A stretch of DNA of 64,000 nucleotides from an uncultured Candidatus Bathyarchaeia archaeon (GTDB lineage Archaea > Thermoproteota > Bathyarchaeia > 40CM-2-53-6 > CAVXDP01). Positions 9,923 through 19,335 of the stretch are shown in pieces. A program made the position numbers and the translations under genes. The first letter of the stretch is position 1. The number at the start of each line of letters is the position of its first letter. The stretch lies in assembly GCA_964562925.1 (NCBI GenBank), contig CAZLVF010000004.1:1955-65954 (forward strand), in the 5' to 3' direction. The notes beneath the pieces are model-generated. The model made no database searches. It saw nothing but the letters and a program-made list of their open reading frames with translations, and was not told the DNA's origin.

Positions 9923-11608
9923 TCAGCGTGCTTCTTCGCGCAGGGTTATACTCGTGCTCTCAAGAGCCTCTCTCGCTCTTGCTATCCTCTTCCTGAGATC
10001 GACCATAACGGTCTCGTATGTATCTTTCGTGATCTTTCCTGAACGGTATTGAGTTCTGACTTGAGCCTCACTAGCTCTCGCAGCATCTATCTCCGCCTCC
10101 GCCTTATCCATCCTCCTGATCATCTCATCGTACCTTGTAGCTACGGATCTCAACCCATCCTTAACCGAGGCTAGAGACCTGTTCATCTCATCCAACCTGA
10201 GGTCGATGGCTTTCTTCCTGCGTCTAAAATCATGCTTTGAGACTCCTCCTCGCATGAGATCTTCCTCTATCTTTTCAAGCTCAAGTTTCAAGGCCGTCCT
10301 CTCATCATACATTCCAATGAACCTTCGAATCGTCTCAACGGGCGCGGCGACTGTTGGTGTAACTCTCTTTCCCCTAGAAGCTACTAGAAACACGCATATG
10401 ACCAACTCAAGAGCGGCTATCAAAGTGATAGGTTTGAAGGCTGCCCAGAAGCTTAGGTACTTGTACTCCATCTTGAAAGTGAGGTTGTGGAGAGGGGTCA
10501 CTCCCCTAAGGTCGAACGATAAGATCGTCTTTCCATCCTCGACGTACGTAGAGTTTGGATGCTGCGTACTCTGTTGGAGAGTCATCCCCTCCTCCATGAG
10601 TACGCGAACCCTCAGTTTCTCCACCGTCCATGGGTGACTAGTTAAGAAGTCGAAGGTGAAGGCATACAACCCCCACCATTCCTCCTGCTTTACATATCCG
10701 CTAGCGGGCAATCGATAACTCAAGGTGAAAGTGAAATTCTCATCCCCTCTTATCGTGCCATAACGCGGAGAGACAGCGGCCTCGGTCTCGTCTTGGACCT
10801 CGTTCCACAGTGGGCCTCCGAGATCATAGGCCATAACCTTGGACGCGCCTTTCGGCAGCTGTATTGTAAGAGAGGTTATGCTTGCCGCAAGGTTCCTTGT
10901 GGCGTATGTATCTGACACGTAAACGTAGCCGTCGCGGCCAAAGCTGATCTCCCTCTCAACAGACTTGAACCTCACGAACTGGATTGAGACGGACGTAAAG
11001 TTGAATGACATTGAGAGGGCCCTGTTTGGCTCCAGCGGCTTGAAAGTATGAACCAGAGACGGCAGTCCTCCGATGTCCACTTGACTAAAAGTAAAGTTCG
11101 GTGGGAGAAATGTTGCAGAACCTGTGGGTAACAGGATGGTTACTTCGCATACGTCCGCTCCATCTGCGAGGCTAGGCGTATCAGCAAACCTATAGATGAA
11201 TGTGCCTTCCACATATCTTATGATGTTATCAACGACCATTACTGAGCTGAAGTTATATGACTCCTGCGCTCGGACCGGAGTTGGAAACTTGAAGTTCATC
11301 CAATATATCGATGAAGAAGGTTTCACATCTTTCTCGATCGTTACACCTTCTTGATACTGATCTATAGATGAAATGTAGTTTAGGTCCTTGGCGTATTCTA
11401 TGGGGATGCCTACCATGACCTCTGTGACCGGTTCAGTCCCAAGATTGCGGACGGTGACTGTATCGTTAATGGCTGCGACGCCCCACTCGTTGATGAATAT
11501 TCTTCGATTGACCGCTAGACTGTAAGAGCTGGCCGGGCTCGAGGCGACAGATGCCGCTAGGGAAAGCAACAGGATAGCAGAGAGGACTATCACCAGCGGC
11601 CTTCGCAA
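9923..11608 (-). CDS. Ribophorin I (OST1/RPN1)-like type I membrane protein
   Basis: Signal peptide, beta-rich ectodomain with the blocks VEREISF..VSDTY, LPKGASKVMAYD and PRY..FTLSYRLP, one TM helix near aa 388-410, and a charged helical C-terminal domain. Confidence 0.7.
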   Translation of the reverse strand: MRRPLVIVLSAILLLSLAASVASSPASSYSLAVNRRIFINEWGVAAINDTVTVRNLGTEPVTEVMVGIPIEYAKDLNYISSIDQYQEGVTIEKDVKPSSSIYWMNFKFPTPVRAQESYNFSSVMVVDNIIRYVEGTFIYRFADTPSLADGADVCEVTILLPTGSATFLPPNFTFSQVDIGGLPSLVHTFKPLEPNRALSMSFNFTSVSIQFVRFKSVEREISFGRDGYVYVSDTYATRNLAASITSLTIQLPKGASKVMAYDLGGPLWNEVQDETEAAVSPRYGTIRGDENFTFTLSYRLPASGYVKQEEWWGLYAFTFDFLTSHPWTVEKLRVRVLMEEGMTLQQSTQHPNSTYVEDGKTILSFDLRGVTPLHNLTFKMEYKYLSFWAAFKPITLIAALELVICVFLVASRGKRVTPTVAAPVETIRRFIGMYDERTALKLELEKIEEDLMRGGVSKHDFRRRKKAIDLRLDEMNRSLASVKDGLRSVATRYDEMIRRMDKAEAEIDAARASEAQVRTQYRSGKITKDTYETVMVDLRKRIARAREALESTSITLREEAR

Positions 11609-11675
11609 GTTCTGCTCACCCGAGTGAAAGTTTCCCTAGAGTAGAATACGAGGTCTATTTATCTATTCTCCACTT

Positions 11676-12485
11676 TCATAATCTTCGTCTGAGCAGAGAA
11701 CGCCAGTCTCTAGGAGTTGTTTTAAGTTTCTTCGCTGGTACCCCGACGTAGACAGTTCTGTCAGGGACGTTACGCGTTACCACGGCTCCTGATCCAACCA
11801 CCGCCATCCTTCCTACACGAACCCCAGGCATCAGGGTAGAGTTTCCGCCTATCGCAGAGCCTTCTCCCACAGTCGGTCCGATCAGCCTAGGCTTCTTGAG
11901 CATCATATACTTATCATTCAGGAATACACATCTGGGGCCGAGAAAGACTCGATCGGCGACAGCCGATCGTCTACAGATGTAGGCATCTGTTTGAATTGAT
12001 ACGTCCTCTCCGATGCTAGATTCGCCATCTATCACTACCCCTGTTCCAACTAGGGTTCGCTCGCCGATAGCGACGTTCTCTCTCACAACCACGTTATGTC
12101 CGAATTCAACCTTCGAACCTATCCTCGATGGCGAATAGATTACGCACCCTTGTCTGATCGTACAGTCATCTCCCACCACGACGCGTCTTCGGTAGTCTGA
12201 TGCTATACCCTCACCTGTGAGTATTCTTTTCAATCTCTTCCTGTCCAAGTGGCCCAGTGTACAGTTTGAACCGATATAGACGCGGTCGCCAACATCGACG
12301 CTACCACAGAAAGTTACGTTCGACTCTACCCAAACATGATCTCCCAACACCACATTACCCATCAGCCTGGATCCAAATCCTATCCTACATCCCTTCCCTA
12401 TCCTCGCTCGGGAATCGATCTGGACCGTAGGATCTATGTTACATCTGGCTCCGATCCTAGGCTTCTTGGAGACATCTGAACACAA
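11676..12485 (-). CDS. Hexapeptide-repeat (left-handed beta-helix) acyltransferase, probably a sugar N-acetyltransferase
   Basis: Many [LIV]GxxxxI hexapeptides, FLGPRCVFLND and VGSGAVVTRNVP...GVPAK. Confidence 0.85.
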   Translation of the reverse strand: MCSDVSKKPRIGARCNIDPTVQIDSRARIGKGCRIGFGSRLMGNVVLGDHVWVESNVTFCGSVDVGDRVYIGSNCTLGHLDRKRLKRILTGEGIASDYRRRVVVGDDCTIRQGCVIYSPSRIGSKVEFGHNVVVRENVAIGERTLVGTGVVIDGESSIGEDVSIQTDAYICRRSAVADRVFLGPRCVFLNDKYMMLKKPRLIGPTVGEGSAIGGNSTLMPGVRVGRMAVVGSGAVVTRNVPDRTVYVGVPAKKLKTTPRDWRSLLRRRL

Positions 12486-12582
12486 CGTTCGAAACTCAAC
12501 CCTAGAAAAGGGGTCTTACCACAGTAGAGGAACCCTTGGGACAGTAGTTCTCCTGCTATTTGAAGAGGTTGGGGAATCCATT

Positions 12583-12918
12583 TCATTCGGTCAATGTAAC
12601 GCCACACTTGAAACAGTACTTTGAGTCCACAGGGTTCTTTGCCTTGCAGTTTGGACAGGCCCTCTCGACCACCGGCGCAACCTCTAAGTCTTGAACGGAC
12701 TTGACGAGGACGACGTCTCCTATCCTCTCTATCTTGTCGAATGAGAGAAAGCCCTCCTGTATCTTACCTTTCTCCATTGTATGCTCAACAACCAAGGCCA
12801 CTTTCCCTTCCAATGAGTAGGCGAGATCCTTAACCGTGCCAACCTTCTTCGCCTCAGATTCTATAACCTCTTTCCCCACCAACTCCTCTCGCCGATGATA
12901 TTTCGTCAACCTTCGCAC
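12583..12918 (-). CDS. PRC-barrel protein with C-terminal zinc ribbon
   Basis: LVGKEVIESEAKKVGTVKDL ... FDKIERIGDVVLVK (PRC barrel), then CPNC..YCFKCG. Confidence 0.8.
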   Translation of the reverse strand: MRRLTKYHRREELVGKEVIESEAKKVGTVKDLAYSLEGKVALVVEHTMEKGKIQEGFLSFDKIERIGDVVLVKSVQDLEVAPVVERACPNCKAKNPVDSKYCFKCGVTLTE

Positions 12919-13140
12919 CCTTTACTCAACCACTCTGATAGTCTCATTGAAATAATTAAAAGATGCGCTGGCCCCTTACGATACGTCGCTTTAATTGCTC
13001 CTAGACATGAGACACTCTTCTGATGCGCTCTTGCGGTTTTACAACGCCCTCTGCCCTAGAAAGGAGCCGAATACCGTAATGGATAAAACGTACTGCAAAA
13101 GAAAGATCAGCCAATTTGAACCGAGCCCCAGAGGCTAATC

Positions 13141-14532
13141 TTGTTGGATAAGGCGCATCCATACCTTCCGACCGGCGTAGAAACGATAGAGAAAGATATG
13201 ATGGCAGCCATCGGAATCAACAGCATCGAAGAACTCTTCAAGGACATACCCGACTCGGTCAGGTTGAATAGAAAACTAAAATTGCCAGGCATGATATCTG
13301 AGTTCGAAGTAAGGGAGAAAATCCGTAGGCTTCTAGAAAGAAATGTTTCAGGCCAAGATATGCCGATCTTTCTTGGCGGGGGAGTCTGGCCTCACTACGT
13401 CCCGGTCGTGGTAGACGAGATAGTTAACCGCTCAGAGTTCCTCACAACATACACACCCTACCAAGCCGAGGCCTCGCAGGGCATACTCCAAGCGTTCTTT
13501 GAATATCAAAGCATGATATGCGAGCTGACGGGGATGGATGCTGCCAACTGCTCCCTCTACGATTGGGCAAGTGCCGTTGGAGAAGCTGCCAGAGCGGCTG
13601 TTAGGGTGAATCATAGAAGCGAGATAATCTACCCTCACTACATCCATCCTGAGAGGCTTGGAACGCTAAGAACCTACGCGGAACCGGCAGGTATAGACAC
13701 GGTTGAGGTTGAACAAGACAAGAAGACCGGACAGATTATCCTAGAAGACTTGAAGAAGAAACTGACGGAGAAAACGGCGGCTGTATACATCGAGAACCCT
13801 TCATACCTAGGCTTTTTCGAAGAGGGTGTAGACGAGATCTCAGATCTGACACATAAGAACGAGTCCATACTGATAGTTGGAGTCGACCCGATATCGCTCG
13901 GAATCCTGAAGCCTCCCGGAGAATATGGAGCCGACATAGTTGTCGGCGAGGGACAACCACTGGGAAACGCGATGAACTACGGCGGCCCACTGATCGGGAT
14001 CTACGCATGCAATGGCGATAAGCTGCTTAGACAAATGCCTGGACGAATTGTCGGAATGACAACTACTACTGACGGAAAGCAGAGAGCCTACTGTATGGCC
14101 CTCTCAACCAGAGAGCAACACATTAGACGGGAGAAGGCCACATCAAATATATGCACGAATGAAGCGCTTTTGTCCGTGGCTGCCAGCGTCTACCTCTCAC
14201 TTCTTGGCCCTCATGGCCTCAAAGACCTCTGTACCACGATAGTAACAAAGTCTCATTACGCAATGAAGAGGCTAGGCGAGATACGTGGGATAAAGGCACC
14301 TGCCTTCGAGGCTTCCCATTTCAAAGAGTTTACGGTCAACTTTGACAAGGCGAAGATGAAGGCGAGAGATGTTCATCGAAAACTTCTCAAGGAAGGCGTT
14401 CATGGTGGCAAGATCATTAAGAACGAGTTCCCCGAATTGGGCGAGTCAGCATTATACTGTGTCACGGAAGTTCACTCGAAGAGCGACATCGATAAGTTGA
14501 CAGACGCTCTAAGAAAGATTGTGAGGGGTTAG
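13141..14532 (+). CDS. gcvPA: Glycine dehydrogenase (decarboxylating) subunit 1
   Basis: EFLTTYTPYQAEASQG, REQHIRREKATSNICTN. Confidence 0.95.
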   Translation: MLDKAHPYLPTGVETIEKDMMAAIGINSIEELFKDIPDSVRLNRKLKLPGMISEFEVREKIRRLLERNVSGQDMPIFLGGGVWPHYVPVVVDEIVNRSEFLTTYTPYQAEASQGILQAFFEYQSMICELTGMDAANCSLYDWASAVGEAARAAVRVNHRSEIIYPHYIHPERLGTLRTYAEPAGIDTVEVEQDKKTGQIILEDLKKKLTEKTAAVYIENPSYLGFFEEGVDEISDLTHKNESILIVGVDPISLGILKPPGEYGADIVVGEGQPLGNAMNYGGPLIGIYACNGDKLLRQMPGRIVGMTTTTDGKQRAYCMALSTREQHIRREKATSNICTNEALLSVAASVYLSLLGPHGLKDLCTTIVTKSHYAMKRLGEIRGIKAPAFEASHFKEFTVNFDKAKMKARDVHRKLLKEGVHGGKIIKNEFPELGESALYCVTEVHSKSDIDKLTDALRKIVRG

Positions 14533-14534
14533 CC

Positions 14535-16067
14535 ATGTCATTTCAACAAGCAAGATGGAACGAAGAGACGATCTTTGAGAGGTCAGCGACTGGTAAGGTT
14601 GGTTACGTAGCTCCAAAGCCCGATCCAGAAGAGATTGAGGCTATTGGCGACCCTACCCGGCTTGTTCCGAAGAAGCTTCTCAGAGAGAAACCTCCTCTCC
14701 TACCGGAAGTCTCAGAGGTCGAGGTGATGAGACACTACACCCGCCTCTCACAGCAGACGTATGCCGTGACCTTGGGCACGTATCCGCTGGGAAGCTGCAC
14801 CATGAAGTATGACCCGAAGGTCTGCGACGTTGTCGCGGCGACTTCTAAGCTTCAGCTTCTTCATCCATACCAAGATGCGTCCACGGTCCAAGGCATACTC
14901 CAAATACTGTACGAGCTCTCAGAGTTCTTGGCTGAGATAACTGGCACGACCAAGGTCTCGCTTCAACCCTCGGCCGGCGCGCATGGAGAGTTCACCGGGA
15001 CCATGATAATCAGAGCCTACCACAAATACAAGGGCGAGTTGGATAAACGTAGAGACATAATCATCCCAGACTCGGCGCATGGGACGAACCCCGCGAGCAC
15101 GGTCATGGCAGGTTTCAATGTGGTTGAGGTGCCATCCAACCCCGCCGACGGAACCGTAGATGTTGAGGCGCTAAGGTCGACGGTGGGACCTCGAACAGCT
15201 GGACTCATGATCACAAACCCGAACACACTTGGAGTCTTCGAAAAGAATATTGTAGAAATCTCCAAGATCACGCACGAGGCTGGAGGACTACTATACTACG
15301 ACGGAGCCAATATGAACGCTATCCTCGGAAAAAGCAGACCTGGCGACATGGGTTTCGATATAGTACATGTCAACACGCATAAGACGTTGGGCACCCCCCA
15401 TGGGGGAGGGGGGCCTGGCGCAGGTCCGGTAGGAGTCGTCGCAAGCCTTGAGAAGTTCCTGCCTGTGCCCACTGTTGAGTATGATGGAAAAAGATACTAT
15501 CTGGACTATGAGAGGCCCCACAGCATAGGAAAAATAAAGGGTTTCTATGGAAATATCAGTGTTCTTCTCAGAAGCTACGCTTACATACTAGCCTTGGGCA
15601 CGGAAGGCCTTAGGAGAGTGGCTGAGCTCTCGACGTTAAACGCGAACTACATCTGTAGGAGAGTCCTGAAGTCGAAAGGTTACACGTTGCCGTATGGACC
15701 GGAGAACCCGAGAAAGCATGAGTCCGTGATCAGTGCCGAAGAGATGTCGAGGGAAACAGGGGTTAGAGCGCTCAACGTCTCAAAGAGCCTCCTAGACGAT
15801 GGCCTCCATGCACCAACAAACTACTTTCCACTTATTGTGCATGAAGCATTGATGATCGAACCAACCGAGAGCGAGAGCAAGGAAGAACTCGACAAGTTCA
15901 TTGACTCCATGATCCGCATAAGCCAAGAAGCCTACAGCAACCCTGAGAAGGTCTTGAGTGCGCCGCAACACACAACAGTTACTAAGGTCGATGAAGTCAA
16001 AGCGTCGCATCCAAAGACGCTCTGCATAAACTGGAAAACATGCAGGCTCAGGTCGGAGGAGACCTAG
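14535..16067 (+). CDS. gcvPB: Glycine dehydrogenase (decarboxylating) subunit 2
   Basis: YPLGSCTMKY, DSAHGTNPAS, PLP-lysine motif THKTLGTPHGGGGPG, MIEPTESE. Confidence 0.95.
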   Translation: MSFQQARWNEETIFERSATGKVGYVAPKPDPEEIEAIGDPTRLVPKKLLREKPPLLPEVSEVEVMRHYTRLSQQTYAVTLGTYPLGSCTMKYDPKVCDVVAATSKLQLLHPYQDASTVQGILQILYELSEFLAEITGTTKVSLQPSAGAHGEFTGTMIIRAYHKYKGELDKRRDIIIPDSAHGTNPASTVMAGFNVVEVPSNPADGTVDVEALRSTVGPRTAGLMITNPNTLGVFEKNIVEISKITHEAGGLLYYDGANMNAILGKSRPGDMGFDIVHVNTHKTLGTPHGGGGPGAGPVGVVASLEKFLPVPTVEYDGKRYYLDYERPHSIGKIKGFYGNISVLLRSYAYILALGTEGLRRVAELSTLNANYICRRVLKSKGYTLPYGPENPRKHESVISAEEMSRETGVRALNVSKSLLDDGLHAPTNYFPLIVHEALMIEPTESESKEELDKFIDSMIRISQEAYSNPEKVLSAPQHTTVTKVDEVKASHPKTLCINWKTCRLRSEET

Positions 16068-16176
16068 ACCGAAGTAACAGTATGATATCGCAGGCAAGTA
16101 AGCGCTTATTCGAGTAGCCTCTGCAAAAGATTGATCAAAGACAAGATCCAGAAATCAAAAGAAAACGTGAACGAGC

Positions 16177-16467
16177 TTGCCGAAAGTTACAGTGAAATAT
16201 TTCGCTTCGCTGAGAGAGATCGCTGGCAAGAGAGAAGAGCAACTTGAGGTCGAGGATGAAACGACTATAGAGAGCCTACTCCAAAGACTTTCAAGGATGT
16301 ACGGGTCGAAGTTCGTGGATTATGTTTTTGATGAGAAGACAGGCGTACCTAGAGATCATCTCCAGTTTCTGATAGATGGGAAAAGCGCGACATCGCTTGA
16401 AGGGTTAAAGACGAGGATCACAGATGGCTGCCAATTCGCTATCATCCCTCCCGTGGGCGGAGGATAA
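16177..16467 (+). CDS. MoaD/ThiS/SAMP ubiquitin-like protein
   Basis: VKYFASLRE N-terminus and C-terminal IIPPVGGG diglycine. Confidence 0.9.
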   Translation: MPKVTVKYFASLREIAGKREEQLEVEDETTIESLLQRLSRMYGSKFVDYVFDEKTGVPRDHLQFLIDGKSATSLEGLKTRITDGCQFAIIPPVGGG

Positions 16468-16503
16468 GAATAGAAGACAAGCAGCGAGAGCACCCTGAGC
16501 TAG

Positions 16504-17796
16504 ATGACCAAGACAAGAGCTATTTACGTAGAGAACTACGGTTGCACTTCAAACAAGTATGACTTAGAGATCATGCTAGGGCTGCTAGAACAAGCCGGCC
16601 ATATGGTTGTGGCAGATCCCTCGGAAGCCGACGTCTTTCTCATAAACACATGTGCCGTGAAGAAAGCCAGTCAAGACAGGATGCTACATCGAATCGGTTC
16701 CCTGCGTGGTAAACCTCTGATAGTCTCCGGTTGCCTACCCAAGATAGACCTTAGAGCCATAGAAAGGGCCGCGCCCGACTACTACGCCGTTATGGACCCG
16801 CAGTCCATCGCTGGAATTGCAAACCTAGTTGAACATGCGGATCAAGCGCCGCGAAACCTGAAGCACTTCTCAGATAAGCCGCCTCTAAAGCCAACACTCC
16901 CCAAGATCAGAATGAATCGATTCGTGGAGATCGTTCAGATCGCCGAGGGATGCCTCGGAGATTGTTCATACTGCTGTGCAAGACTGGCAAGGGGGTGCCT
17001 AACCTCATTTCCAAAGAAATTGATCGTGGAACGAGTCGCCGACGCAGTCTCTTTTGGCGCACGGGAGATATGGCTGACGGCTCAAGATACCGGAGCCTAT
17101 GGAATTGATATGGACACAAACCTCACAGACCTCTTAGAAGATCTGATCCAGATACCTGGCGACTTCAAGTTACGGCTTGGGATGATGAACCCAAACTTTG
17201 CAGTAGACATGCTAGAAGACCTCTGCGAAATCCTAGAAAGTCCAAGAGCCTATAAGTTCCTACATGTCCCTGTCCAATCGGGCTCAGATGAAGTACTAAA
17301 GGATATGAGACGAAGGTATCAGGTAGACGAGTTCATACGCCTAGTCGAGAACATCCGTTCAAGAATTCCCAACATTACACTATCCACCGACTTAATCGTC
17401 GGCTACCCAACAGAGACGGATGAAGACTTTGAATTGACCATCGATCTACTAGATGAAACGAAGCCCGACATAACGAACATATCAAGATACACAAGGCGCC
17501 CCCGAACAACGGCAGCCCAACTTGATCCTATCCCCCCAAACATCGTAACAACAAGATGCAAGACTATCTCCATGATCGGCTCAAAGATGAGCCTCGAAAG
17601 CAACCGACGGATGATCCGGCAGATACACCAACTAACCGTCACAGACAAAACCCGACAAGGAAAACCGATCGGAAGAACAGACAACTACAAGAGGACCATA
17701 GTGAACGGAGACAAAGAGCTTGGAAGCGAGGTTGAGATCCAAGTAACATCCGCCCACAAACGCTACCTCGAAGCCGTTCCCACACATCAAGACTAA
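16504..17796 (+). CDS. tRNA methylthiotransferase (MiaB-like, archaeal e-MtaB/CDKAL1 type), radical SAM
   Basis: N-terminal YGC..NTC..SGC, CLGDCSYC radical-SAM motif, QDTGAYG, HVPVQSGSD, C-terminal TRAM-like region. Confidence 0.88.
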   Translation: MTKTRAIYVENYGCTSNKYDLEIMLGLLEQAGHMVVADPSEADVFLINTCAVKKASQDRMLHRIGSLRGKPLIVSGCLPKIDLRAIERAAPDYYAVMDPQSIAGIANLVEHADQAPRNLKHFSDKPPLKPTLPKIRMNRFVEIVQIAEGCLGDCSYCCARLARGCLTSFPKKLIVERVADAVSFGAREIWLTAQDTGAYGIDMDTNLTDLLEDLIQIPGDFKLRLGMMNPNFAVDMLEDLCEILESPRAYKFLHVPVQSGSDEVLKDMRRRYQVDEFIRLVENIRSRIPNITLSTDLIVGYPTETDEDFELTIDLLDETKPDITNISRYTRRPRTTAAQLDPIPPNIVTTRCKTISMIGSKMSLESNRRMIRQIHQLTVTDKTRQGKPIGRTDNYKRTIVNGDKELGSEVEIQVTSAHKRYLEAVPTHQD

Positions 17797-18073
17797 ACGA
17801 AGCGCAGACACGCTCAACGCTACCATGAAACTTGTCGAAAAGATCTGCCGTGGCTTCCCGAAGTATACACGATGGCGTCTTTGTCAGGAAATTGTAGGCT
17901 GTTCAGTTTATACATTAATCGTTTATGGTATTTCAATTGTATTTCTGTTTAATTACCAAGAGGTATATACACTCAGGCGACTCTATCTGGGTCCCACGTC
18001 GATCGGGACTATTCTGAGGTGTGGAACAATAATCCAGACGTCACGCGCGACCCGTTATGGTTTCGAGAATGTA

Positions 18074-19138
18074 GTGTGTTACGACTTGCTCAGATCAACA
18101 TTCTCGAGAGTTCGTGTTGTCGGCGTTGGAGGAGCTGGGAATAACATAGTCAATAAGCTTATGGAAGCTGGCGTGAGCGGAGCCCAGTGTGTAGCTGTTA
18201 ACACCGATCGCAGACACCTTGAGGCTGTTCGCGCTCATCAGAAGCTTCTGGTTGGTGCAAAGGTTGCTTCGGGCCTTGGTGCCTATGGTGATCCTGAGAT
18301 CGGGAGGAGAGCTGTTGAGGAATCGTTCGAGAGGATCGCCCCTATTTTCTGGGATGTGGACTTGGCTCTGATAGTGGCTGGTATGGGCGGGGGCACTGGA
18401 ACCGGGGCGGCTCCGTTGATAGCCGAGTTGGCTCGACAGAGCGGCACCGTGGTTGCAGGCATTGTGACTATGCCTTTTGAGAGTGCGAAGAGAGAGCGGA
18501 TGCTGGCTCTCCAGGGATTGGAGGCCATGAGCAGAACATGCGACACAACCCTCGTCATCGACAACAATCGACCCATCGAAACGATGCCCGGAATGGTTTC
18601 TCAAGCTGCCCTGCCATTGGCTGATAGTATCTTGGTCAACGTTTTGAAAGGCCTCTCAGAAACCGTTTCAACAAGAAGCCTCGTGAGAACAGAGCTTCGT
18701 GACGTAAAGAGTATTTTGAAGAGAGGTGGCATAGCGTTGGCAGGCCTCGGCGAGTCTGATTCCATATTCAGGGTTGAAGAGGCTGTTAGGAACGCAATCC
18801 AGTCGCCCTTCCTCGACGTAGACGGCAGGACCGCGAGTGGTGCCCTAGTTTACGTCACAGGAGATTCCTCCATGCTAACTTCCGAGGCTGCGCGCGTCGC
18901 AGAGGTCGTTGGTGAGATGTTACCGGTCGAAGCGCCCCTCATATGGGGCGCGCGAGTGGATCCGTCGCTTTGCTCCACCATGCGTGTGACGCTTGTCCTG
19001 ACAGGCTTGGACTACTGGCAGCAATATGTCGGAGGCTATCGAAGGATGCCCCTTGGCATCTACAACATGGAACCGGAAGTTGAGAAAGACCAGAGCCTAG
19101 ACATCGATCTTGATCTAGACCAGATCGAGTCAGAGTAA
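18074..19138 (+). CDS. ftsZ: FtsZ-family tubulin-like GTPase with a divergent T7 loop (start uncertain)
   Basis: VVGVGGAGNN, AVNTD, GMGGGTGTGAAP, DNNR, IWGARVD. The first ~80 aa of the ORF-track call (from 17825) look non-coding and contain TATA-like tracts, so I placed the start at GTG 18074. Confidence 0.8.
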   Translation: MCYDLLRSTFSRVRVVGVGGAGNNIVNKLMEAGVSGAQCVAVNTDRRHLEAVRAHQKLLVGAKVASGLGAYGDPEIGRRAVEESFERIAPIFWDVDLALIVAGMGGGTGTGAAPLIAELARQSGTVVAGIVTMPFESAKRERMLALQGLEAMSRTCDTTLVIDNNRPIETMPGMVSQAALPLADSILVNVLKGLSETVSTRSLVRTELRDVKSILKRGGIALAGLGESDSIFRVEEAVRNAIQSPFLDVDGRTASGALVYVTGDSSMLTSEAARVAEVVGEMLPVEAPLIWGARVDPSLCSTMRVTLVLTGLDYWQQYVGGYRRMPLGIYNMEPEVEKDQSLDIDLDLDQIESE

Positions 19139-19335
19139 GGTCGCATGCTGATCGCAATCTCTCCCGCCGGCTAAGCTGGCCAGCCTCTGATAGCGAAATA
19201 CGGAAATTGGCAGCTCGCTCTCCGCTTGGAAAGCCTATTCCAAGAACTGACCGAAAGAGTTTATTACATCCAGTCAGCGTCTAAAGTCGCAAGACTTCAA
19301 ATCTTGCGTGTCAAAACTGACTGGAGCCTAGAGAC

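Noticed and set aside
17825..18073. Apparent N-terminal membrane extension on FtsZ
   Set aside because: AT-rich, contains TATA-like tracts and has atypical composition. More likely promoter DNA that happens to be in frame, though not disproved.
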